Assembly: GCA_017499595.2 (NCBI GenBank)
Contig: CM039001.1
Coordinates: 1,178,001 to 1,242,000, forward strand
Length of the DNA: 64,000 bases
Direction of reading: 5' to 3'
Source of the DNA: Psilocybe cubensis
Lineage: Eukaryota
A program made the translations under genes and the position numbers. Within the stretch, counting starts at the first letter, position 1; every line of letters begins with the position of its first letter. The notes under the pieces are model-generated. The model was not told the DNA's origin. It did not search any database and saw only the letters and a list, made by a program, of their open reading frames with translations. Positions 1 through 11,978 of this stretch are shown here, piece after piece.

Positions 1-1825
1 AGTAACCCTCTTCAGGTTGGTAACGCGTCCTGAATTTGCAGTCAAAAGGTCAATCATGCGACCAGGGGTACAGACGATAATTTCCGCCCCCTTTTTAAGT
101 TCCGCGATCTGATCTTTGATAGGAGAACCTCCATAAGCGCAAACAGCCTGACATCATTGTTGTAAGTAAAGAGAAGGGTGGACTTTGATTAGGAATTACT
201 CACCCGTAGATTAAGAACCTTCAAGAAGGGCTTGCACTCTCGATGAATCTGGACAGCTAATTCACGAGTCGGAGTCATGATAACTGCAAGAGGACCTTCC
301 ATTTGTTCTAAAGGTCGTTGATCTTTAATGTGACGGAATAAAGGCAGCAAAAATGCTATAGTTTTTCCTGAACCCGTTTTAGCCACGCCAATAACATCAC
401 GCCCTGACATGATTGCCGGTATGGCCTGCGCCTGGATCGAAGTAGGGGCTGTGTAGTTGAGCCTTTTAATTACCTCAAGACTAATTTGAAATACTCAGAA
501 GATGAAAGGGAACATAACGCGGATACATACCAATTAGCAGGTAGACCAAAATGACTCCATTTCGTGACCGGTTTCGGACAATCGAGACCACGGATTTTGA
601 TACCATCAAGTTCAAGTCGGAGAAGTTCAGCATCGTCCTCCGACATAGCTGCGATATCTGGCGGAGGCACGTAGAACTCTTTACGAAATGGCTCGTAATG
701 GACTCGAGAGTGATCAACGGTAGCCAGTTCTTTCTTTTTGGCCTTTTTGGCTGCAAGAGCGAGAATATCTTCGGGGTTGAGCTCAGTGGCGTCGAGTTCA
801 TCAGGCACAGCAGTTTCAGTTTCATCCTCAGCGCCATCTTCAGCCATCCTTTCATCGAGCCTTATTCTTGAGCGACCACCCGTTGACTGGGCAAACTTCT
901 GCATATCTTGCATATTGACTTTCTTGACCTCCTGTTTAACCTCATTCATAAACGCGTCCAACGGGTCCTCTTCTTCTTCCTCAACTTCCATTGCGTCCTT
1001 GGCTTTGGCTTTCAGGGCTTGGTCCATGCGATTCGCCTCTTCATCGTCGTCGTCAACTTCTAAATCGCCGACCCCCGCTTCATCTTCCACCATGGTCATG
1101 TCAATCGCTGGCATGTCGCCCAATGTTTCGAGTTTTCGTTTTGATTCTACAGAGTCATCTAGAGCAGTGACGAGGGCCTTGGAAGGGTTTGCAAAGTCTG
1201 GCTTAAGAGGGAGTCCTTTAAGGCCCAAACCATTAAGAGCAGAACGATTTAATTGACCGGGAGCCTTTGTAGTGGCCGCGGGAGGTACCGCTGGTGCTGA
1301 GAATGGATCAAGTGGTGTGAAATCATGCGTACATGTGATATGTATTCAAAACTCACCAGGCATGGATTTGCCCGCCAGAGCCATGGCTTTGGCTTTGGCT
1401 TCATCGAGAGCTTTCTTTGCCTCACGCTCTTTTTTCCAAGCCTCAAGCTTGGCTCTTTTTGCCCTGATCTTTTCGTCCTCTGGAGGGGGCGTTGCAACTG
1501 GCTCTGCTGGTGCTGCCGGACGGGGTGGAGAAGGTCTTCGTTCGCGAGAGCGAGAGCGTCTTCTATCGTCTCTATACGAGTCTCTTCGTCTGTCGTCGCG
1601 ATATCTGTCATCCCGGTATCTGTCCCTGTCTTTGTCTCTATGACGGTCGCGGTCGCGGTCCCTGTCTCTGTCTCTGTCCCGGTCGTCGTCGTATCTTGAC
1701 CGTCCATTGGAGGACCGCTGGGTGCTGCTGCGCCTAGTTGGCGACGGAGAGCGAGGTGAGCGATGGGATTGTCTTACCCTTTTGTTTGGCGTCTCTGGAG
1801 AGATGGATCTATCTCTGCGAGCCAT
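1..1825 (-). CDS. PRP5: Pre-mRNA-processing DEAD-box helicase Prp5/DDX46; 5' part only, runs off the window start
   Basis: ATG at 1825. RS/RD-rich N-terminus, 'EEDPLDAFM', 'YEPFRKEFY', '[16 protein letters not shown]', Q-motif [10 protein letters not shown], motif I AKTGSGKT, Ia PTRELA, '[11 protein letters not shown]'; GT-AG introns. Confidence 0.93.
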
Positions 1826-2015
1826 GTGTTTTGAAAGAGGTAGTGGTGAGAAGGAGGAGGTGGAGGTGAACAAGTCACTTGTGACAGGTCACCCTGGCCG
1901 CCAAATTCGTATTTGCTCATGTTTACTCTGATGGCTCTTAGGGGCGCGTTGATCGGCTATGGGCTACGAGTCGCTGACTTGGTCAGACAACTCTCCACTC
2001 TTCCTTCACTTCAAA

Positions 2016-3147
2016 ATGCCCGCAGATATTCTTGATCCCTCTGCTATTATATCGTCGCTACCAACCCTTCTTCCTCCCAATAGCAAGTCTCTTACCTCGC
2101 CCCAGGATGCTATAGCCGCTCTTCTTCACAGTGCTCTGACTGCATTGGCATTTCGCTTGATTGCTGTCGACGAATCTTCCACGGGTGCAAATCTTTCTTC
2201 TAGTGTTTTGCCTGATCACTGGAACAAATCTGGTCCGGGAAACTATACTCTCAAGTATAGACACGATCAGAGCAGTCTCGAGTTCGTGGTCAAGCTCTCC
2301 AAGCTTGGAACGCGAACCTTAATTAACGCCATCGCCCTTGAGGTTAGCCGATCACTGTCCTGATCTTTTCTCGCATCTGACCTGAGCTTAGAGTGATCGA
2401 GTAGCCACTCTTGATATATGCACTAACGACTTCACATCTCCTTCATTTTATCCCTATAATCTCGACGCCCCTGACGCATCACCTCTGGTCCATGGATACA
2501 TCTCATCTAACCGAGTGGCTGACCTCTTGTCTCAGTTGAAGCTTAAGATTATTCAGAAGTTAGTACCTGGCTTGCAGAAAGAAGGCTATACAGAAGAAAC
2601 AGATTCATCTGCAGGCTCTTCTTCGAGCGCCAATCCTCCATCCCGGGATCCTACTGCTCCTCGACCTCGTCCTGAATCACCACCTGATGCACCAGGCCGT
2701 TATCCATATTATCCTCAATCGGCCATCCCTCGAAATCCCCTGGAAATAGGCAGAAGAGACTTGGATCCTTTCCCAGCAAATCCATTTGCTCCCCCCTCCT
2801 TGTTTCCTCAGCATGGAGGTGATGGTATGTTTGTAGGTCCGGAGCACCCCATCTTTGGCATAGGTAGGGGAGACAACTCACCTCTCAGAGGACCCTGGGG
2901 CGGTGATGGATATCTTCCTCCGATGGGCGCCCCTCCAGGCGCTCGATTCGATCCCGTTGGTCCTGGTTTCCCTAATAGAGGACCGGGTCCATTTGGTGGA
3001 CCTTTTTCCGGTAGTGGGAGAGGGAGACGCCCAGAAAATCCTGACAATGACGAGTTTATGCCTCCCGGGATGGTAAGTTCCAAGTTCATTGACATTATTA
3101 CTTTCTCCACGACGCTCATTGGGTTCCAGGGAGACATGTTCATGTAA
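2016..3147 (+). CDS. PI31: Proteasome inhibitor PI31 (PSMF1/Fub1 family)
   Basis: N-terminal FP-like domain ('LPDHWN..YTLKYRH'), Pro-rich tail with 'IGRRDLDP', 'GMFVGPEHPIF', 'PPGARFDPVGP', and terminal DMFM (HbYX-like); 2 introns. Confidence 0.88.
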
Positions 3148-3655
3148 GTCAGGTTCGCAAATGTGGTCTATTTTTTCCACAGCGTTGTCCGTGTATATAG
3201 CTATGTTTTGTTGCTCCACTTTAAATCTCATACGATGTGCTGCTGTGTTGCTCTGTGCTTATTTAAGTTCAATGCGGGTTTTAAATGCGTAATCTGAAGA
3301 TGATCCCGGACGAACATGATTGGACGATGATCCAGGAACCCCTGTATCACATTGGTTTGGAGGCCATTCTATTCTCATGCAACTTTTGACACAAAGACAT
3401 GACTATTTATCACATCGTATGGATAAACCGAGTCAATCTGACGGATTTATATGTCAGGACCACAGCAGAATGTGGAATACAAGTGCAAAATACACACTTC
3501 ACCGTGGCAAACAGTTCCCGAATAGGCACCTGAGCACGGCAGCTGTCAGATTACTACAAAAGTCGCAGTATTGAGGTTGGACCTTTCCTCCCTTTTCCAC
3601 AGCACCATCCTCAACCGCTCCTACAGTATACTCACAAATACTACAAATCGATAAC

Positions 3656-4608
3656 ATGAATAGGACACCGTCGTCGCCAACGACGCCTGTGCGCCGCAAG
3701 AATCCCGTCCTTCCTGGCTTCCGCGCACCACCGCGGCCTAATCAGCGGCCTATTGCGCAAATGACGGTGCGTGAGCTACAGGATCGTCATAATTTCAACG
3801 CAAAGCTTTTGGCTTCCCCGTGCGTATTCGACTGAACATCGGATGCATCACGATCGCTAACTTCATATCGATTACTTACAGTGAAGCTTCTACATCTACC
3901 TACGCCCAGCGTGTGCTTGCAGAGCAGAGTGAGGTCGAGTCCCGATTACTCGAGCTCAATGGAATGGATGTTATCAACTCCGGACTGCGTAGAACTCGGA
4001 TCGGAGACGAAGGACCAGCGGGGGATTCTTCGCGCGAACCAACAAGTCGAACACTAGCCGCGAAACAGAAAGCTCTTTCCCAATTCGTTCGTAGCTGTAT
4101 GGTATCGAAATGCGTTCATGAATTTGATTCCGTGCATATATCTAGGTCAGCAACACCCACAATTCGTCTAGCCATGTTGGTTCTCTCAGTATGCAAGAGG
4201 CAATACAACTAGAGCAACAAGCTCATCTACAAGATAAGGAACGGCAGGAACGAATAGCCGAAAAGAGACGGCGTCTTGGATACCCCGTCGAAGGGGAAGT
4301 TCTTACTCGACAAGAGAGAGAGGCCCGTGTATGGGCATACTTGTGAATATCATCTCCTTCCGAGCTTCATTTGTAATACTCATTATCTGAGTAGTAACCA
4401 CAAGCCAACCGAATCCGACATGGAGGATGACGACGACGACGAAGATGACGAAGACCCTGCAAGCTGGTTTGAAGACGACCAAGACGATGGTCGGAAAGGT
4501 CAGGATATTGTGGAACCAGATATGGAAGACCTATCGGATATAATACGAATCGACGAGAACAAACTGCGGTATGGTTCCTTCTATGAACCTCGCGATGACG
4601 GAGACTAA
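3656..4608 (+). CDS. Hypothetical protein with coiled-coil segments and acidic tail (possible Gdown1/POLR2M-like, see findings)
   Basis: ATG 3656; three GT-AG introns splice into one frame (MNRTPSSP...IAQMTVRELQDRH...LSMQEAIQLEQQ...EDDDDDEDDED...YEPRDDGD*). Confidence 0.7.
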
Positions 4609-5251
4609 ACGTTACAGTCTGTATATTAAATTACAATCCAAACCCTTGCAACAAATAATTGTGACTGTGTGCTTTATTCTAGTTTCATACCTTCAACCTG
4701 TGATTTGTTATATCATTTCTTAGCTATGACCCTTTTATTTCTTGACTCAATCATCCTAAGCTCAACCCAAGATGATTATCAGAGATTTTTTCTCAGGTCC
4801 ATATAACATGCATGTATGTGTACTCATACTATTCTCGATCTGCTTGTGAGAATTTGCCTCATTATCACAGATGAGGGTTGTTTAACATGTTGAACATCTG
4901 AGAAGTGGGCAAGGTTTTATTCAAAAAATCACAAACCCAATGGATCACTGCATATCTGACTCTTACTTAACTGATCAACCAGGCAACTAGTTAAGTCCCA
5001 ACCAAATACCTTGTGGTTTTTCAGGCAAAAACAATATGGATGCACAGCAGCAACAAACGATTTGAACATAATGAGTATGTAGTGATTGTATATCACGATA
5101 TTTATTCCATGTTCCGCGGTCATAACAAAGCAACAAAAATGTAATTAATAGTGTGGCGAAACGATGTTGTGCAAGTAATCTAGGTGACAGCGTTGCAGCA
5201 AGATAGAAAGCATTTATAAATTGAGTTATATTGATCCGCGAGTGGTGGATT

Positions 5252-8200
5252 TCAACGAGCGTGTACGGGACAACTTTTGCCACGTTGGAGCCATGATGAC
5301 AAGCAAGCTAAAGTAACAAACATGGTTAACGATGTGTGACGATTGAGACTCAAAAATTTCGCCTACCGCTGTGGAAGCTGCAGAAGCAACTGAGGCGCGC
5401 AACTGTGGAATCTGGAAAGATATACCATATGAGGCGCGATTGTTACATATATTTAAAAATTAACGAACTTTTAGCGAATTCTTCCAGACAGATTACGCCT
5501 GTTTCGAAGTCAGACAGATTTGTTTGGGCATTGATATAATGATACTCACATTCCACACCAATCAAAGTACTTTCAGCTGGGAGGTGATACACCAGGTATT
5601 TGACTACTTGGCCGAACTGAGATGCACTAGAATCACCCTCAAGGCAACTCTTGACATGAACTTCCTGTGCGTGAGCATCTCCAACTTCATCTAAGTTCTG
5701 ATTACAAACAGGGCAGCTGAGTGTCACGGTTGATTCAGTTTAAAATTCGAGACCCTTAAAACATGAACATGGTATACTTACTCTGCGAGGTCGCTCAGTT
5801 GAGAACTAGACTGCCTTCGGGTCAAAGAGCCAGGAACAGTAAGATGTTCTTGATCAACTACTATGCGCTCCATTGTGCTTGTCCCATGCAGCCTACTAGG
5901 AATACTGCTCGTACTTTCTTCGAAGCAAGATTGGCACACCCTGTGACTTGTCGCTGGGGAGACAAAGTCGGGCATTAGAGGATCTTGTACCACATCAGCG
6001 GGGTCCAAGATGGCCCTAAAAGATGAACATCTATCGCAAAAGATACGACCACATTTCCGGCAATGCTAAAAAGGTTTAGAGTTTACAAGCAAATAACTTT
6101 GAGTAGATGGGCTTACGTGCTGGATGTTTTACTCGATATCAGTAATGAAAAATTGTGACGATTTCACTAACAGATCAACGTACTCGGCGGTTTAAGAAAT
6201 TGAATCTGCGATGGCATTCTCTACATTGAGTTACTGACTCGTCTCTTTCCCACTGTGCATGAAGCTGACGTGGAGCAGGAGAGTTCCATCGCGATGTGGA
6301 AACTTTCTGGGGTGCCTCATGAGTAGGAACGCGAAAGTCCGGTGCTTGTGTGAGCTGAGGTGTAAGGTCAGCAGGGATCCTAGAAACACCGGGTCTGCTG
6401 AAATAGTCCGTGCCACTCGAAGACCTTGAAACAGATCTGGACGTTGCCTGGTGGGATGACTGAGGATAATGAAACTCATCGTCAGAGTCACTATCGTCAC
6501 CATTGTCTGGGTCCTCGTCTGGTTGATCTTCAGTAAAACTAGCAGATAGAAACATAGGTCGGCGCACCGTCATTCGCTATTAGAAGCCCTTTTGCTCCTG
6601 CAGAAAGTCGTCGCCGTTCTAGGTCACGACTGTAGGCATTAAGTAATACTTCGGCTTGTACTTTGCGTTCTGGATCTTCGTCGCCTACAAGAACATATAG
6701 TCATAGAAAACTGAGTGAAAAATGGATACGCACTAAGTATTCCTTGTCTTAATTCCATAGTGGCTCGTTCCACCTTTGCGATTGCACGACGGACCTCAAC
6801 AGCAGAACCAGACGTTTCCGCATCCTGTAGTTGATTTCCAACAAGATAACGTGCACGAGCAACATAATCTTGAGCAGATGATAAAAAGGTAGAGGACATT
6901 GCACCCATTTCCCGTGCTTCTCCAACATCAGAAGGGCTGAGATGACTATCTTCAACATAGGGGATCAAAGAGCCATCGAAATCTAGATGATACATAGCGC
7001 CATCTGGTTCAAGGAAAGCTAGAGGTGGGATATCCAATCGACGGCGCATGATTCGTACCCAACGCTTACGCCGCACCCAGGTGGGTTGAGGTCTACTTTG
7101 ACTGGAAGAAGATAAGGACTGCCCTCTTCCTGAGTGACCACCAAAGCCAGCAGAGACAAGCCCGTTGCTAGACAACAGCCTCTCAAGTTGAAGAGGCATT
7201 TCGGCAGTCCACTTGTCATCAGGATCATCAAAGGATTGTGCGTATTGCCAGCCTTCTTCCGCATCTACGCATGGATGAGTAATATCGAGGGTCCAATCCG
7301 ATCTTCAAGTAGAAGAATTGTGAGAAAGATATAAATCAAATAGGTAAACTGCTCACAGCCAAAAATGACTCCTTTCGACGCCTTCCAAAGCAGGATGTTG
7401 AACTGTTGCAGGTCTAGGGAAATTCCATGGCGCTTCGCGAAGGGGTAATTGGACACCGCTCCGCCATGCCGGGAGAACTTTTGCGCCTGTCTCTTCGTCT
7501 GGTTGCGGTAACCTCAATTCAAAAGGTGAGCGACGACCCCGCCTTCCTAACCCTGAAGCGGAAAATTTAGGCCGTCCTCCATTTACTGCTACAGTTTTGA
7601 GACGAGTGTCGAGGCGTTGGTTCTCGTATAGTATGAGGGGTATTGTAGTATGAACTAGCAAAGGGTTATAAGGGGTTGTAGTGCCGCGCCATCTCTCAGC
7701 TTCGGCTTGCTGTAATATCTTGAAGGAATACATCAGAAAGTAGGACACCCGAGTTTTTTGGTGAAAACATACTTCGCAAATCCAAACTTCAAAAACGGCA
7801 GCAGCCACATCAAATGCAGTTTCTCCCCACTTATTACGAACAAGTGGGTTGGCTGACTGCTTTGTGAGGAGGTAGAGTACCACGGGCAAATGGCCTTTCG
7901 ATGCCGCGTTCACTGTGAATATAATGTTTAGAGAAAGAAAATTAAACCTCAAAGTATAATTACTCAGGGGTGTCCATCCATCTTTACTTCGAACATCTAC
8001 CCCTCGAACACCACCGACAGAATTGTTTGCGCCACCTTGCTCGCACAACCACCTAACAATATCAAGGTATCCCTGAATGGTAATATTAACAACGAAACAA
8101 ACAGGTAAAGCGACATAACAGACTTTAGAGCAAGCATTATGCAGGGCAGTCCACCCATCTGCATCGCGAGCGTAAACATCAGCCTTATCAGGCAAAAGGT

Positions 8201-8786
8201 AGCTAATAATTCTCAAGTGCCCATTTAAGGCTGCTTTGTGTAATGCAGTCTATTAATGTCAATGTTAGCTCTAGATATAGTTTAACATGAAAGATACGCT
8301 CACCTCTCCCTCCCTATCTTCCAAATCAGGCATTGCTCCGCACTCTTCAATTACTGGACCAACTATCAGTCCTGAGCCTGCGGGAGTGAAGAAATACTCA
8401 CGCCAGACAGCCATGTCATAGAACCCTCTGCTTGCAGCAGCATGTAGTGCAGTGAAGCCGGTTCGAGGTGCAGCATCGTTAGACAAGTTAAAGGGTTCGA
8501 TGTCACTGTTCTCAAGGATAGTGTTAAAAACCTTCTTCAAAGATGAGAGGTCTCCAGAGCAAGCGGCAGCGTAAAGGGCCTCTAGTTGTGCTGGTGTAGG
8601 ATGAATTTGCCGAGTTGACGCTGACTGTTGGGGGGCATCATCTGGGTTGGAAGGTGTGGAAGGGTATACGAAAAGTTCTTCCTCTGAATCCGGACTGTCG
8701 TCACTCGGTTTGGAAATTGCAAGTTCGTCCGGAACATCTACAGGGGTTTGAACTTCGTCAACTGTATCACCGTTGTCGGAAGACAT
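5252..8786 (-). CDS. Ankyrin-repeat / DysF / FYVE / RING-H2 protein (Pib1-like E3 ubiquitin ligase with N-terminal extension)
   Basis: Ankyrin motifs GFTALHAAA, TALHKAA, GWTALHNAC, GWTPLMNAA; DysF-like 'GWQYA...WVRRKRWVR'; FYVE 'WERD...CRECHRRF...HCRKCGRIFCDRCS...RVCQSC'; terminal RING 'CVICLEEF...RLSCFCSFH..CLSSWLQRGKSCPVH'. Confidence 0.85.
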
Positions 8787-9578
8787 CGTGTTGCACAATG
8801 CCTAGTGAATCGTCTGAACATTGTGATTGATCAGATGTCAAGCGTTACGCTGACAGTGTCATTTACATTTCAAAAAAAAGGACGTACTTAGAAATACGAC
8901 GCCTCTGCGATAGAAATATAACGTATATGAATAATCAATGTATTGGAAGGGGTGCACGCGGGCTGAACCACGCACATGAGAATTTTGAGCGCCTCGGAAG
9001 CAAATAGTAATGACAAGTCAACTGCACTGGTTGGCTCTTTAGTGAAGGGCAGTGACAGTGTGACCAGGATTCAAATTGTCATGTGACTAGCGCGTGAATG
9101 TGACATCGCGATCAATTTTTTAGGGGCCAATAATCTGCATCTTCCGAATGCACGAATGTGTCGCATGTTAGACTACCTCCTAATGACTGTAAACGACTTA
9201 TTTTAGCCTTGCAAATAGAAAATCGTCAACAGAGATTAAGTTCTTCCTATCTTTGTTACTCCTCGGAACTATGGAAGTTGCTTTGAAAGATTGAATGGAC
9301 ACACTGCAAGTAACGTATACATTAGTCTCTCCTAGACACACACGCATACGTATACATGAGGAAAAGGTACCAAAAGTAATACAAAAGCCGATTCTAATGT
9401 TCAAGTGTGCTGGTCATGGATACACAAAAATGATGTAATACAAATCAAGGAGAATCCTTTCTTGGCTCATGATAATGTGCAAGAGCAATCAAGTCCCAAA
9501 GTATACGTACAAATTACAAGATTTCCCAACATAAACCAAACGAAAGAGAGAGAAGAGAGAAACTTGGTTGTACAACCT

Positions 9579-11978
9579 TTATGCCTTGACCATTCCGAAT
9601 GTCTCGATGTGGAGAGTGACCGGTTGAGAACCCTTCAAAACTGCTCTCGGCCCCGCCAAATCTGAGCTCAATGCTCGCCGAACTGATTCAGCTAAATTAG
9701 ATGGTCCAGCCACTGTGAGACACGTATTAGAACTATTGGTAAACAAGTACAAGGTCTATACCCACCGTCCACGGAGACAGGGCCTTGAGCGGCCTCAATT
9801 TCTTCCGCCAATAACTTCTTCACGCTGGGCCTACCATGGATCAACTTCAAGGAGGAATACACAGGCAATTCTGTATGGGAAATTTCGCCTTTCTCCACGG
9901 AAGTGGAAGATAATGATGCTCGGTCCGACGAAACAGTGGGGACTTCAGGAATTGGATAATTTTTGCCAGTGATGTAGATTCTTGGCTCTACGATCAACGA
10001 TGGCGTTGTACGGGTCAAAGCTTGCATTAAAGTTTTCGATATCCACTTCAAATGTGCTATGATAACGTTGCATGAGTCATGTAAATCTTGAAGGATAAAC
10101 GGAAACATACCCGCGTCACGAACCGCCCAAACAAAAACAACTCTCCTGACGGCCAATTTACCTCCACGGGAATTGAGGCTATCATCACAAAACAGTTTTA
10201 GATATCTAGCTTTTCCATACTATAATCGAGGAAATACCGACCTGACGAGATTCAAAAGGAGTGGCAAAGTGTACGAAATGCCAGAGCCGCCTAAGAATAG
10301 AATGAGCCACGAGACTTCGTTATCTGATAAGGATTATCACATACCTGCAATCAGTACACACGTTGAAAACGGTCGGAGATCAGGAGGACAGCCGTATGGT
10401 CCGTCTAAGAAGGCCGGAACTCTACTTCCATGATCCTTGGTCGCGTGTTCGCGGAGTCTCTGTGTAAAACCGCCTCTGCCTCGGATGAGAAAAACGATAT
10501 CACGCTCCTTTGAATCTGTACTGCTTTCGGGTATGCTGGCAATAGTAAATGGATGGGCTTCGAAAGGAAGAGAGCTAACAGTAGGTAAAACAACGTATGC
10601 ATGTTGCCCAGGAATCCATGATATATTTCGGCGGAAGGTTAAGCGGATAGTGTCTTCTGAAAGAAGCTCGACGAGAGCATCGCCTGAATGAGCGCGATTC
10701 CAGATTTTGTTGTTCCAAATTAGACGTCCTGCCCTAATAACTCTATCGAAGCCCCAAATAAGCAATCCAGGCCAAATATAATCCCCGAATCTATGTGGAG
10801 ATTTGAGCTCCAATAGGTTAAAATTAAACCTGGAGAAACATACTTCTGCGCCTTAGCGTGGAAATAACCACCAATGATAAAGATGCTACATCCAAAATAG
10901 GTCAGAACGTACACAAACGTATGTCACAAAATACTCACAGGATGAAGATAATATGAGTGACTAGGAAAAATTCAAACGCGGCGTTTCTGACGGGTCTGAC
11001 AGAGAGCATGGTGGCAAGCGTTAATGCAGTCAGGCTGACCGCACCGGAACGCATCCAATCGTGAGTAAAGTCGAAGTTTTTGGGCAATCTAGAAACGTGA
11101 CACCATCAATTAGATGACGGCGCTTTCAAAACCGAAAGTATAGTGATTACCCAGAAACTACGCGAGTAAGCGCATGAATCCAAAAAAATATAAAATTGGT
11201 CCTGGCGGAGGCACGGTGGAGAACGTTGAGCTAGAATTAGGGTCAGAATAGGCTGTCTATGATCTTGCAATATACTCCGCCACACCTTTTCATGGCTTAC
11301 ACCGGTCAACCCTGAATGACATTAAAGTCAGCGGCAAAAACGGAGAGATTAGAGAATAGATAGTTACAGGATATAACATTGTTTTTGCCGGCCAAGGCGA
11401 CAATCAAAGAAATTTGACTAGAGGCAATATGGGCTGCACGATCCTGATACATGTAGGCAGCAAGGTCGCGCGCTTGGATATAGAGTTAATGGTTTCTTAA
11501 ATTTATAGACATTGATAAACTTACTGTCTACCAAAAGCCATACAAACATAGCCGCGATGTACACAAAGATAAATGCCAATTCAGAGACCGAGGCGATTGA
11601 CCCTAAACCAATGGGTACACTCCAACGGAAGAAAACAATCCGGAAACCTGTTTGCAGAGTCGAAAGAATTCGTTGAATTGGCGAAGGGATGCGGCGGGGT
11701 GTTTTGTTTGACTCTTTGTCATTCATCTCTTCTGTCGCAAGTTCGTTGGGTCCCGGTAGTGCCTTCAACCTCCTCGATAGGCAGCGGATTGCGTTGACGA
11801 GCGTAAAGAAAGCGAGAACGCTGCCAAGAAATATCCATAGCTCCCTGACGTGAGCAAGCTGTACGCGATTTCTTACTTGTCGGTCGGCCGCTGTCACAGG
11901 AGCTGCACGAGTGAATATGGAGGCGTCAGGAGACATTGCAGAAGATACCGTTAGTGCTGAATTTTCACCAGCGACCAT
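9579..11978 (-). CDS. Ferric/cupric reductase transmembrane component (FRE family)
   Basis: TM helices with heme-ligand His ('LHRASARTN..WIHA'), FAD motif HPFTIAS, 'DGPYG', NADPH motif 'VLIAGGSG', 'FVWAVR', 'GRP', C-terminal 'LHIETF'. Confidence 0.9.

Noticed and set aside
1560..1695. Tandem repeats resembling an array
   Set aside because: Coding Arg-Asp dipeptide repeats of Prp5; no CRISPR-like repeat-spacer structure anywhere in the window
1959..2015. N-terminal extension of PI31 from ATG 1959
   Set aside because: Lies within the short bidirectional promoter; ATG 2016 has a better context (aaaATG)
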